Below, one piece after another: positions 1 through 11,303 of a stretch of DNA of 64,000 nucleotides. Location: NCBI GenBank assembly GCA_964188305.1, contig OZ076886.1. The stretch is one strand, 5' to 3'. The notes beneath the pieces were generated by a model that worked only from the letters and a program-made list of their open reading frames with translations, had not been told where the DNA came from and searched no databases. The position numbers were made by a program, and so were the translations under genes. The DNA is from Podarcis bocagei (lineage: Eukaryota). Each line of letters starts with the position of its first letter. The first letter of the stretch is position 1.

Positions 1-294
1 CAGCGGACTGCTTGCCGGCATGCAGAAGCTTGGGGCGCGCTGACCTCAGCTTGCCCCAAGCTTCTGGATTAGCGCAGGGGTCCGCTAGCCCTGGGAGAGG
101 CGCCCGGCTCTCCCACGCTAGCGGAGACCTTGCCGGCATGCAGAAGCTTGGGGCGCGCTGAGCTCCGCACGCCCCAAGCTCCTGGTGTAGCGCAGCGCAC
201 CTGGGGGGGAAATAAAATTTTTTTCCTTTATTTCCCCCCCTAAAATCTAGGTGCGTCTTATGGGCCGGTGCGTCTTATGGGGCGAAAAATACGG
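1..294 (-). mobile_element. CCGTATTTT-ended (Tc2-like) MITE, partial, with 118-bp hairpin repeats
   Basis: Ends ...GAAAAATACGG|TA; reverse complement matches the left end of the copies at 25629 and 29783. Confidence 0.8.
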
Positions 295-3200
295 TAAGCT
301 CAGCAGAAGTCACACTCCTGGCTGGAGAAGGAGGAAAGTGATGTGAGTGAGTCTGACACTTTGCTTGGGCTTGCGAAGGTTTGGCCACATAACATTAAAC
401 CATGGTTTAATGTTCTATGTAAACCAGACCACTCCATGATCAAAATCAAATCATTCTTGCCTTACTTTTTAAAAAAGACAAAACAAAAAATCTAATTAAT
501 TGCACTAGAGAGAAGATTTACCTGAATAACAGACCACAGGTTTTAAACTTATGAGTCATGTAGTTCAATCTCAGGCATTTCTGTTTTTAAGATCTCTGTT
601 AGAAGGACTGGGGTCTGTTCAAGATCCTGGATTGGCGGTGGCTGACACTGGTGTTCTAGACAGGCTATTGTGACTCACTTTAGCTCATCATATTGTAAGT
701 CATCTTGCTCAGGCTAATTGGATAGTTACACTGCTGCTCCATAAGATTCATACAGAAATATAAATAGACTGTTCACCAAAACTGCTGAATTTTTTTAAAA
801 AAGAAAAAGAAATAGGTACTAGTACTGTTAGATAGAACTAATCATGATAACCAGGCATCTGTCAAGAGGATACGACATTATATTAAGCTTAACACAAGCA
901 CAAATCATCACCAACATTCTTAATTCACGGAAGACAAGAGGCTGAAATTTAGCATGCGTAACGAACAAAGAAGCCACTTGTATATGAGACAGAAGCCCCT
1001 ACAGCAATCTTATAGCCCAATTCTGTAACTTTTCTACAACTTGTGCTAGACGTTTTAGTTTGAACTACTAGTAAGTAATGGGCAATTTATCTTACAATCG
1101 CCACCATCCACTTACCTAGGGTAAGTATGCATGGAAAAAATAGAATGCACTGTGTATTACACAGCAAATATTACATCATCTGAGACTATGTAGTTGTTGG
1201 TCAGTTCTATAGCTTAGTCACACAATCATATCATTTTTTAGAAAAAGATAAAGAATATAAATCACATAAAAACACTAAGGTTCTTTCCTTGAAGTTAAAT
1301 AGTTAATGCAAAACTACTAACATTCTGAGGCAAAGCAACTTGACAGAATTTTGTAACACACATTAGCTCAGAAAGTCATTGGCTGTCAAGTTCACATCAA
1401 CTTGCTTCAGGTGAGTTCCCCCCCCAACCTTGCCTACACCTTTTTCTGCACCCTCCCCACCTCTGGTACACTATATGCCACTTGCAGAATGTCATCCATT
1501 CCTCTCTTTTACACTGTAGCTGCAAGGACAACAGTTCTTGTATTACACAGATCATTAAAAATCTCTTATAAAACCTGCATTATTACTCCTAGGGCCCAAG
1601 CTGCGTGCATTGTATCTGGGCAGTAATAAGCAACTAACAGAGATCACAGATCCAAGGCGGGCTATTTGACATCCCTCACAATATTATCATTGGAGGATTC
1701 ATTCACGTGGTAGAGTGATGTCACCACCACTTCCTGACAACAGTAGGAAAGAAGGATCCCCACCATGATCCTAACTCACGCAAGTTCCTTGTTTACAGAT
1801 GTCACTAATCTAGCAGTGCCCTGGGTCCAGGCAGAAGTGGCTTTCATGCTACAAAGGTAAGACGTGAGCCCACTCTGGGGAATAAGAATCTGGAAAAGTT
1901 GGCAGCTAGCATCAGCTGAGCATCGTCTAGGACCCTGACCTCTAACAACAGAATGAGGATATCAACGTATGTGCTAAGCAACTTCAGGTCTACAAAGGCC
2001 TTCACAACCATGACTATAATTGCATGACAAAGAAAAATAGGACTGCGCACCCTTGCCCTGCCTCCACATCCATGCTAGCCTCTCTCCAATTCTGTCTCTG
2101 TGTTGGGGGCATGTCTGCAATGCAGGAGCCTGATGGACACGTAGGCTTTCCCTGTGAGCCAGAACCCTCAGCAAACATGGACAGACAGCATTGGGAAGTG
2201 GTGGCAGTGTGGGGCAGGAGGTACCAGCACAGTGTGACAGTCCTGCTCTCTTCCCTCACAGGCTTATTGCTGTGTGGTTCTGAATACCTGAACAGGTGAG
2301 TTGCCTCTGACTGAACTGAGGGTAGAAAAACCAGGGGCAGAGGTCTGGGGAGGCTACAGACCACAGCAGAGACCAGAATGCATGTTACATTCTCTAGAGT
2401 TAACAAAGCATCAAAACTGCCGTACTAGCCCTTGAATGGACCAGAAGGAGAAGATATGCACAACTTCTGTAGCTGGCTAGGTATGCATATGAATGCTGGC
2501 AAGTATTCATAGGCAAGCGTAGGTTGAGGAAGACGTTTCAGCGTTATCCTCGCCTTTTTAAGTACAGGACACCTTTAATCTCAAAGGCTGGACATGCAAC
2601 CGTATCACAAAGAAAGACTGCATTACAGCAGATCACTGAAAACTGTCAGACGTGAATCAGAGTATATCTCATAAAACAAGCTATGGCTCTTGGATCCTAG
2701 ATCAAGTAAAAGAGATGCTAAAGATGAGAGGCAGGCGTCCTCCACAGTATTAGCAAGAAAAAGAAGTATTAGCAAGAAGAAGAACAATAAATATGCCACA
2801 GAAGTTTCAGTACATTCTAAGCAGGAAAATTATTAATTTGCAGTGGAGGGATTTCATTGTCTTCAAACAATCTCGCACAGGTAGCAGGAAACTGTACTTA
2901 AATTAAAACTTGAACTGAGCTAATCATTGCCTTGTATTCTCACCTTCATTATCATTATGATGCATGGTTACCAAAAACAAGGCCTGGACCTCCATGAACT
3001 TCAATATTTTAATAAGTATAAAATACCAGGTGTAGCAAAGTAGTAGCATGGTTTTTATCCCTGTTTATCCCCATTTTGTATTGCAGCTGGCTCAACTACG
3101 AGTAGCAGCTATAAAGAGGTGATAACCTGCCGGAAGAGTACATCGGAGAAACACTTTTAGCAGCTGATTCAAAACAAAAATGTGCTTATTCGGATTGTGG

Positions 3201-4355
3201 AATTCGGTATCACAAGATGCAGTGTGGTCACTGGTTTAGACAGCTTTACAATGAGATCCAACAAATATATTTTGAATATGGAAGTCCTGTTTTAGTCTGC
3301 CAGTTAACAGACACTGGAGACAAAGATCAAAAGTGGTATCTCCACAATATCCTCTTTTCTAGACTTCCCAGAGACATGGCGGGCCCCTCTTTGAACTAGA
3401 AGACCTTTGATCTGCTCCAACAAGGTAATTGCTAGGGTCCCATGTACCAGTTTATCTGGAGGGATGAAACATGACTCAGTGGTAGAGAATACGCTTTGCC
3501 TGAGGGAAGGTTCCCAGTTTTATTTGTAAGATCTCCAGTTAGCAGGATCTCACACAGCAGTGTAGGAAAGATCTCTGATTGAGACTCTGGGCAGCCACTG
3601 CTTCTCAGCGTAATGGGCTGGATTGGCTAATGGTCTGACTCTGTATCAAGGCAACCACACAAGTTCATGCGGAGGTATGACACAACATGCAGCCTGAACA
3701 TTAAATTTGTCCACTATAATGAGTAGACCTACATGGAGAACAGAACCTACTCTAACCAAAAATGAAATCAACTGCATTTCAAGATCCCATAGAACAAGAA
3801 ACCCTGTTGGGGATGCTTAATGTCAACACTACATAAAACAATACTGATCTGTTTATATAGAACTCTCTTATTTCCCTTCCATGGTGGCCAGAAGACAAAG
3901 AATTAATACTAGTTGTGTGTGTATGTGTGTAGATATGTGTGTGTGTATATGAACTTGTTTTTGTATGAAATTGTTTTATGCTTGTTTTCATTGTTAATGA
4001 ACTTCAGGAAAAAGTGACAAGACTATCCTGGGGCCAGAAGAGGCATTTACTGGATCAATCTTCATTAGTCTAAGATGGAGGTCTTTTCCCTCCTTAAATC
4101 TTTGGTATGGTTGCGAAACTACGGCTAAAATTTATACAACATTTCCTTGGCTTATTCTGTTAGAACGGGAAATTGGGGCTTCTTTATAATTCTGGAAATT
4201 GTCTAAACCACTTCTTAAGCCCCTCCTCATTCCTTCCCACCACTTAAAAAAAAAATAGTAACTCATCTGTTGCAATATTTTTAGATGACTTGACTTGGGT
4301 GTGAATGTCTTGGGAAAGGATGGAAACAAAGTGAAGCTCATGTCAAACTGCTTAC

Positions 4356-4546
4356 TTTTTCTTGTCTTTGTCCTTCTTCAGCGGCTGCTGTGAAGTGGCT
4401 TGCAGAGACTGACACTGCAGGGTTTCAACTGCCACTTTCCTCCTGTTGAAGGCGTTCATCTCCTCCTCCAGCTCTCTTCTCTTCTCCTCCACTTTCCTCT
4501 TCTCTTCCTGATGCATTCTTTTTAGATGTTCAAACTTCTCATGCAG
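4356..4546 (-). CDS. SEPTIN8: Septin-8 exon 9 ([18 protein letters not shown]...[11 protein letters not shown])
   Basis: 191 nt, CAG acceptor, donor AA|GTAAG. Read-through of the donor gives AAG TAA (stop at 4354-4352). Confidence 0.95.
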
Positions 4547-5027
4547 CTGGCCAAAGGAGGGGAGGAAAAAACCCAGTCAGCGCTGCCTCCACTGCCAGGA
4601 AGTAGAACCCAATCCTGACCTACAGCAGGGCACTACCATCCAAGCAAGTGTGTCCTATAGGTCACCACAGAGGGCAGAGTTAAACCCTAATGAGAAACAC
4701 AGGTGTCCCTTCTGGATCCAGCACTGCTCTGATTAACATCTACGTAATGGATCCATGTGGGATGGACTAATTCTGCTTCTCAATACACCTGCATACCACC
4801 ATGGGAAGAATAATCTGCCTGACTTGTGCGGGTTCTTTCCACAGACATCAGTGGAGCGACCACTATAGTGAAAACAGCAATTCCTCCACTCCATTAATAT
4901 ATGGCCTGGCCCTTAGTTCCAGCTGAAGAACAAAGGTTTACAATTATTTGACACCCACTTGCCTGACCTTCATGTGTCAGATTAGCCCCCTGTGCTCCTG
5001 AAGGATAGAAACATGCCTTCATGATTA

Positions 5028-5267
5028 CAGTGGTGCCTCATGTTACGTACTTAATCCGTTCCGGAGGTCCATTCGTAACAGGAAACTGCTTGTAACATGA
5101 GACATGCTTTCCCTAATGGCGCCTCCCACTGCTTCTGCACCGCCGGAGCGCAACTTCCGCTCGCATCCTGGGGCAAAGGTCAACAAGGGGCATCTACTTC
5201 CGGGTTAGCGGATCATGTAACCCACAGCATTCGTAAGGGGGGAGGTACGTAACACGAGGTGCCACTG
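5028..5267 (+). mobile_element. pogo/Tigger-like MITE
   Basis: TA|CAGTGGTGCCTCATGTTACGTAC...GTACGTAACACGAGGTGCCACTG|TA. Confidence 0.85.
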
Positions 5268-5880
5268 TAGTTGAAAGGTTTCTTTTACAAAAAATGAAGC
5301 AGCTCATAGCTAGGGTAAGATAATGCTGGAGGTATGACATGGATGCAGTCATTTTGGGATTATTTCATCTAGGTTTTAGATACTGAAAGCCCTGGAGTAG
5401 ATCTTAATAAATTCAAACACAAAAATTCAGAAGTTTTAAGACTTTCCCCCACAGCTTTCATATCAAATAAAAATTCCTAAGTTGGAGCCAGCCTATTAAA
5501 TGAATTGGAAGTTTCTCACACACAAAAAGTAAGGAATATACTACTGCAATGTATAGTCAAGAGCAACAGATTAGATGACCTTTAAAATGGATTAAACAAT
5601 TAGGGAGCAACCCTAACCCTCTAATGCATTCCCCACAGAATGAATGTCCCTTTAATGCTCCCAGAAGGATCTGGCTGCTCATATCAATGGAGACAGAATG
5701 CTGGATTTGACAGGCCTCTGTCGGATCCAGCAAGGAAGTTCTCATTTTCTTTGATTCTCAAGTGCTGGAATATTGTAATTGTAGTGTCATAGGTATACAT
5801 ACTCACACTCACACCCACCCACCCCCTGATACTTTTGGCCATATGAATCTGTGGCCCAGATTCCATTCTCTGCCACTCAC

Positions 5881-6013
5881 TTCTCTCTCCTTTTCTTTCA
5901 GTTCCAACTCTGTTTCCTTGACCTTGTTCACAAACATTTGCCTCATTTCTTCCTCTTTCTTCTGCAACTCACAGAGGAATTCTTTTCTCTTGGTCTCATA
6001 GGTTTCTTGAAGG
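5881..6013 (-). CDS. SEPTIN8: Septin-8 exon 8 ([44 protein letters not shown])
   Basis: 133 nt, CAG/GTGAGT; coiled-coil region. Confidence 0.96.
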
Positions 6014-6290
6014 CTGGTTAAGACACAAAAGACACAAACCTCAAATCACGTAGATGTTAAAAGGTGCTGAAAAACAACGGAAGACAATAAGCAGCTATAA
6101 AGCTACACCTGCGTATATGTGCTGCGCATGCATGTGTCATAGAGGGAGGCGGTGAGGCATTAAGGACATGACACATTACTGTCTTCCTGCTTACAAGAGT
6201 GCCCCAGATTCTGACAGAACTTGCAGCCTTCACACACCTGTACAGGTATTCCAGCGGAAAGCAAGAATGGAGAGGATGATGCTCTCTCAC

Positions 6291-6459
6291 CTGAAAGGCT
6301 GGCTGTCAGGATCAGTATCTTTGAAGCCCATTTCTTCTAGCTTACACCGCCTGTAAAGCTCGTAGTGGCGAGTGTGAGTTTGCTCCCGCAGATCTTCCAT
6401 GTTGACACGGATCAGCATCTCTCGCAGCTTTACAAAGTCACAGTGGCTTTCATTCTCAA
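6291..6459 (-). CDS. SEPTIN8: Septin-8 exon 7 ([18 protein letters not shown]...DSQPFS)
   Basis: 169 nt, CAG/GTGAGA; septin unique element. Confidence 0.97.
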
Positions 6460-6514
6460 CTGAGCAAATGAAGAGAAGGAGCGTAGCCATTGAAAAAAAA
6501 TGGATGGTTTATAC

Positions 6515-6766
6515 CAGGGGTCAGCAAACTTTTTCAGCAGGGGGCCGGTCCACTGTTCCTTAGACCTTGTGGGGGACGGACTATATTTTTTGGCAGAAAA
6601 TGAACGAATTCCTAGGGCCCCCCCCAAATTACCCAGAGATGCATTTTAAATAAAAGCACACATTCTACTCATGTAAAAACATGCTGATTCCTGGAGTGTC
6701 CGCAGGCCGGATTTAGAAGGCCATTGGGCTGGATCCGGCCCCTGGGCCTTAGTTTGCCTACCCATG
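6515..6766. mobile_element. hAT (Charlie-like) MITE
   Basis: CAGGGGTCAGCAAACT...AGTTTGCCTACCCATG, 8-bp TSD GTTTATAC. Confidence 0.88.
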
Positions 6767-8334
6767 GTTTATACACACCAACTTGACTCAAAATCCTGGG
6801 GTTTCCTTTGTTGGTGTAACGTTCTAAGCAGAATTGAAGGAGTGTTTCCTCCGTTAAGAGGACAGCTTCGTGCCGTCCGATTAGCAAACCTTATAACACA
6901 ATCCTATGCAAATTTACTCAGAGGTCACCCTTGGGTACAAAAGGGGCTTACTCTCTAGCAATTGCATTTCGGATTGCTGCCTCTGTATAAATAAATATGG
7001 AATGCAGGATATCATCCATATTATTGTTATGATGATTTATTGTTTTAGGCTTGTTTATTTGGAAGCAGGAAATGATTGTGTCTGGTACCTATTTGAGTGA
7101 AACTGTTTTTTTAAAAAAATGTTTTTCATTTCTTTATTATGGTATTTATATATCACTAGCTTCTAACAAAAATATTGTGGTTGGTGGTACACACCAAAAA
7201 AGTAATATAAAATCATCAAAACATCATAAAATAAAAAGTACAGAACCAACAATGAACTGAATAAATTTTCTAAAAATACCTGATGAAACAAAAATGTTTT
7301 TAACAGATAAACACCAGAATTTTAGGTGCCTGTCTAATTTAATCAGGAACAGTCTTCTAAAACTACTGGTGCCACTATGCTTGAAAGCCTTGGTTTAAGG
7401 AGCAGCTTAGTTGAGTATGTAGCATGAATTTGTGGCAGCCATGAGGGTGCTTTTGTATCCTTGTATTCAACTGTATTTTAATTGTGTATTGATGTATTTA
7501 TTGCATTATTACCATCTGCTTTTGATTTATATTAATAGATCACCTGAAGTATTGTTTAATTGTTTTTGTATTTATATATAATTTATTTGTAATGTATATA
7601 TGCAATTGTTTTATAAATGTATTAATTGTATTGTAAAATCACTTTGGGATTCTTCATAGGAAGCAATTAATAAATGAAAAAATAGCAACAGCATCTGTTT
7701 TTAATACACTTTGCTATCTTTGGGAACCACTTTTAGCTCAACTTTGTTGTTGGAAAATCAGCTTACAAAAACAAATGTAAAATAAAATACCACAGAGCCT
7801 TGCCAGATCAGCATGCAAATTTTTCGTGTGTGCTTTTAAAGTCCCCCCCCCCTTGGGAACATTTCCACAGATGCTGCAACTGACAAATAATCAGTAAAAA
7901 TAAAAAATGTATAATGACACAATAAAATACCAGCCTAACAATGAAAACAGAGAACAGCCATCAAAATAAACTGCCAGGTGCTAAAAATTAGATGGTGCCA
8001 AGCACAATTAGGGGGAAAAACCTAATTGTCATCTAAAGGTGACATGATAGAAATGTTCTTTAGGAAAGACTTTTATAGGAAAGAGGACTGTGACATTCCC
8101 TGGAGCTGAGGGCAAGCTGACTTTGGCATAAAACTGAACATTAGTAAATCCATTGGGCTAGTCATACTCTGGGTAGGTCTACTGGAATTAATGGTCCATT
8201 AGTCATGTCCATTCATTTCAATGGGTTTACTCCGAGTACGAATAATGATGACTACAGCCCATACAGCTACAAGAGCAGGAAACAATCAAGGAAAGTTTAC
8301 ACAACACTGTCAAGAGGCTTGGCTTCCGACTTAC

Positions 8335-8431
8335 CTTGTACCACACCCCAAGGATATTGCCGAGCCCTCACCATTTTATTTCCAACCTTTACCTCTTCTG
8401 TGCTTCCTACAACAGCAAACGGCAGATGAGC
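8335..8431 (-). CDS. SEPTIN8: Septin-8 exon 6 ([32 protein letters not shown])
   Basis: 97 nt, TAG/GTAAGT; septin unique element start. Not shown in the ORF track, read manually. Confidence 0.96.
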
Positions 8432-8960
8432 CTAAAATGACACATAACCATGGAATTCAGTGCAAAATATAAAATGTCATTTGCGCCCTCAGCCTCAGTT
8501 CAACTCCTCATAGCACAGAATCACATTTCCCACATCTGTGGTATTGGCATTTTTGCTGACAGCAGAACTGCAAAGAAAGAAACTTATTCTGAAAAAACTT
8601 CTGCTGTTACACTAAAACAAGACAAGGGGGGGGGACCTAGCATTTTCAACTATAAACCAAGAACTGAAGATTTCACACAGTCACTTTCTCCACGAACAAC
8701 CTTTGCCAAAAAGAATGCTTTTGGGTAGATTATATATTCCATATCCCACCTGACTCTTCATTGCTCAGATGTATACTATCACGTTGCTTGTTCAGGGCTT
8801 CCATAGATGGGACTCATGGGGTGAATCCTGACCATTAAATAACTGTAGGCAAGCTACTGCCCAAGCAAGAGGTTTTGCTTCAATGACCGCTTATATCTGA
8901 GATAATAGTAATCGTATTGATCCACCCAACAGGGTCTTTATATGGACACAACTCAAAGTC

Positions 8961-9013
8961 GAAGGAAGGAAGGAAGGAAGGAAGGAAGGAAGGAAGGAAG
9001 GAAGGAAGGAAGG
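8961..9013. repeat. (GAAG)n microsatellite
   Basis: Direct reading. Confidence 0.95.
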
Positions 9014-9380
9014 TACTCTGGATGTCTGGTATTCCTACTCACTCAGCTTCCACAATCCACAGCTTAATCAGGTATAGGAAGAGGCAACTTGTAGATCCTG
9101 TCACATACACAGTATGTTTAGAGATAGCATTGCAATTTCACTCCCCATTCCAAAGTTGAGTGTGAAAGGGATGTTCCATATCTCCACTCTGGCACTGTCT
9201 GCTGTTATGAAGTTGACCATAGTGCAAGCTTAAGCAAGAGACATTTTAAAAAGAGTGTCCAGTTCAGGTAATTGGGTTGTGTAGGACTATTTGTGTACCA
9301 CAGTTCAGCATTTTATTTACTGGGAAAGTACTAAGTAATTTTGGTAATACCCATGAGTATTTATTGTATATGATGATAGC

Positions 9381-10233
9381 TGTGACAGAAAAGTTTGTTT
9401 TTCCTAGGGCTGGTTGGGCCCCCAAGTATTTTCTTTTTCTTTTCCCCATGCCAGAAAAGGATTAATGTATGACAGCCTCTGATTGGCTGAGGTTCAGGGT
9501 GGGGAGTTGAAAAGGAGAGGATTTGGAGAAAGGGAGGGGGTTTTGGAGTAGGTTGGGATTGAGGGTGGGAGGATAGGCAGGAAGAGAGGGAGTGAGAGTT
9601 GGTTCTGGGTAGAAGCATCCACTCTGAGGAAAATATCACAAGCTAGAGAAAGAAGTCTCTGAGCTTAGTGTGAAGGAAAGTGTGTGGTGTCCTGTAAGAG
9701 TAATTAGGCCAGGAATTAACTGGGAGGCTGAGGCTGAGCCAGAAGAAGTAGAAGCCGTGAGAATACAGTCTACTTAGGACTCATTCCAGTCAGGAGGGGA
9801 GATATTCTTCTAGTATTAGAAGACTCCCAAACCAGTGAAACCTTGGGTCTATTACTTGGAGTACCTCAGGAGTAGGGTTGTCTAAGGGGTGTGTAACTGA
9901 TAGAAAGTACCACCTTGTTAAGAACCAAAGTATTAAGTGTGAAACAACTGAGAAAACCTTGAAGTGAAATAACATTGCAAACTGAAGTATCCTAAGTTTT
10001 ATCCACTCGTGTCATAAACTTCCTTGTTAAATAAAATCGTTATTGTTTATTTGAACAAATCCTGCCTGAGACTCCTAATTATTAAGTTTTACCTCATGCA
10101 AGTCCCCCACAAGATAATCTGAGGCAGTTTGAGGGAATTTGTGGAAGTGGTGTTCTGTGAGGTGGGCACATTCTATTTTTAAGTGAGTGCGCCCCAACAG
10201 CGCCAGGGGAAAAAGGGCCACCGCGCCGTCGCA
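9381..10233 (+). mobile_element. Solo LTR (853 bp)
   Basis: TGTGAC...GTCGCA termini, 5-bp TSD ATAGC (9376-9380 and 10234-10238), ATTGG box at about 9482, AATAAA at about 10030, no internal coding region. Confidence 0.8.
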
Positions 10234-10420
10234 ATAGCCAACCCAACAAGATCCCACTGCTTCCTTATACAACAAGGAGTGCTCCACTGAGAAATGGGAG
10301 GAATAGCACCAAAGCACTACTACAAATAGAGTCTACCAGTTCACACAACCTTCAGTTTTGATATGCCACTGCTATCAATACAAAACTATAAAAACTTGTT
10401 GCAGTAAGCACATTACTCAC

Positions 10421-10582
10421 ATTCATCACAGAGTTAATCTCAGCCACAGCATCATCATCCGTGGGGAACTGATAGATCTGGACTCCATTGCTAACCAGTT
10501 CGCTCATGATCTTAATCTTAAACTTGTGCAACTCGCTCTTGGAAATGGTGTCAGCTTTGGCAATTATAGGGATAATGTTCAC
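10421..10582 (-). CDS. SEPTIN8: Septin-8 exon 5 ([12 protein letters not shown]...EINSVMN)
   Basis: 162 nt, CAG/GTGAGT; G4 motif AKAD. Confidence 0.97.
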
Positions 10583-11043
10583 CTGCAAAAGAAATAAAAC
10601 CAATGGAAGTATTTCCCCCCCCGAAAGAGTTTTGGAGGCCTGTCATTAATTGTACTGTGTTAAGGATACCAGGGTCCCCCAACCTCATTTGTATAAGCAC
10701 ATTAAATTAGGTCTCCGCTCTTCTTTAATATCCCGTTGCCACCAATCCACCCATTTCAAAACCTCCTAGTAGTGCGTATAGTTGAAATTAAGTTAGCCCT
10801 GTTCATTAATTTCAATAGGTCTACTCTTGAGTAAAAGCTAACTGAATACAAGCTGTCTGGAGCACCAGCTAAGAGCAGAATGTTGCTTAGAATTGTGAAT
10901 GCAATTCTGTCACATCAAACAGTTGAACTAGCAAGTGTTACCACTCAAGCATGGAGTAGCCACCCTTGGCCACAGTGTATTCTCTTGCATTCGGATAGCC
11001 AAGGAAATTTACATTATTCTTCCAAGTATTATTAATGTACGTA

Positions 11044-11303
11044 CAGTCATACCTCGGGTTACAGACGCTTCAGGTTGCGTTTTTTCGGGTTTTGGACCAC
11101 CGAAATCCGGAAGTATCGGAATGGGTTACTTCAGGGTTTCAGTGGTTGCGCATGCGCAGAAGTGCTAAATCACACTTTGCGCATGCGCAGAAGCAGCGAA
11201 TCACAACCCACACGTGCGCAGATGCACAGCTGCGGGTTGTGAACGCTGCGGGTTGCAAACGTGCATCCTGCACGGATCATGTTTGCAACCCAAGTGTCCA
11301 CTG
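11044..11303. mobile_element. pogo/Tigger-like MITE
   Basis: TA|CAGTCATACCTCGGGTT...AACCCAAGTGTCCACTG|TA; internal TGCGCATGCGCA repeats. Confidence 0.8.

Noticed and set aside
1844-2050. Weak resemblance (VMVVKAFVD) to the long mammalian SEPT8 C-terminus / antisense cyclin-I2 exon as I recall it
   Set aside because: Only a few residues match, with no convincing splice sites or sustained frame; likely chance.
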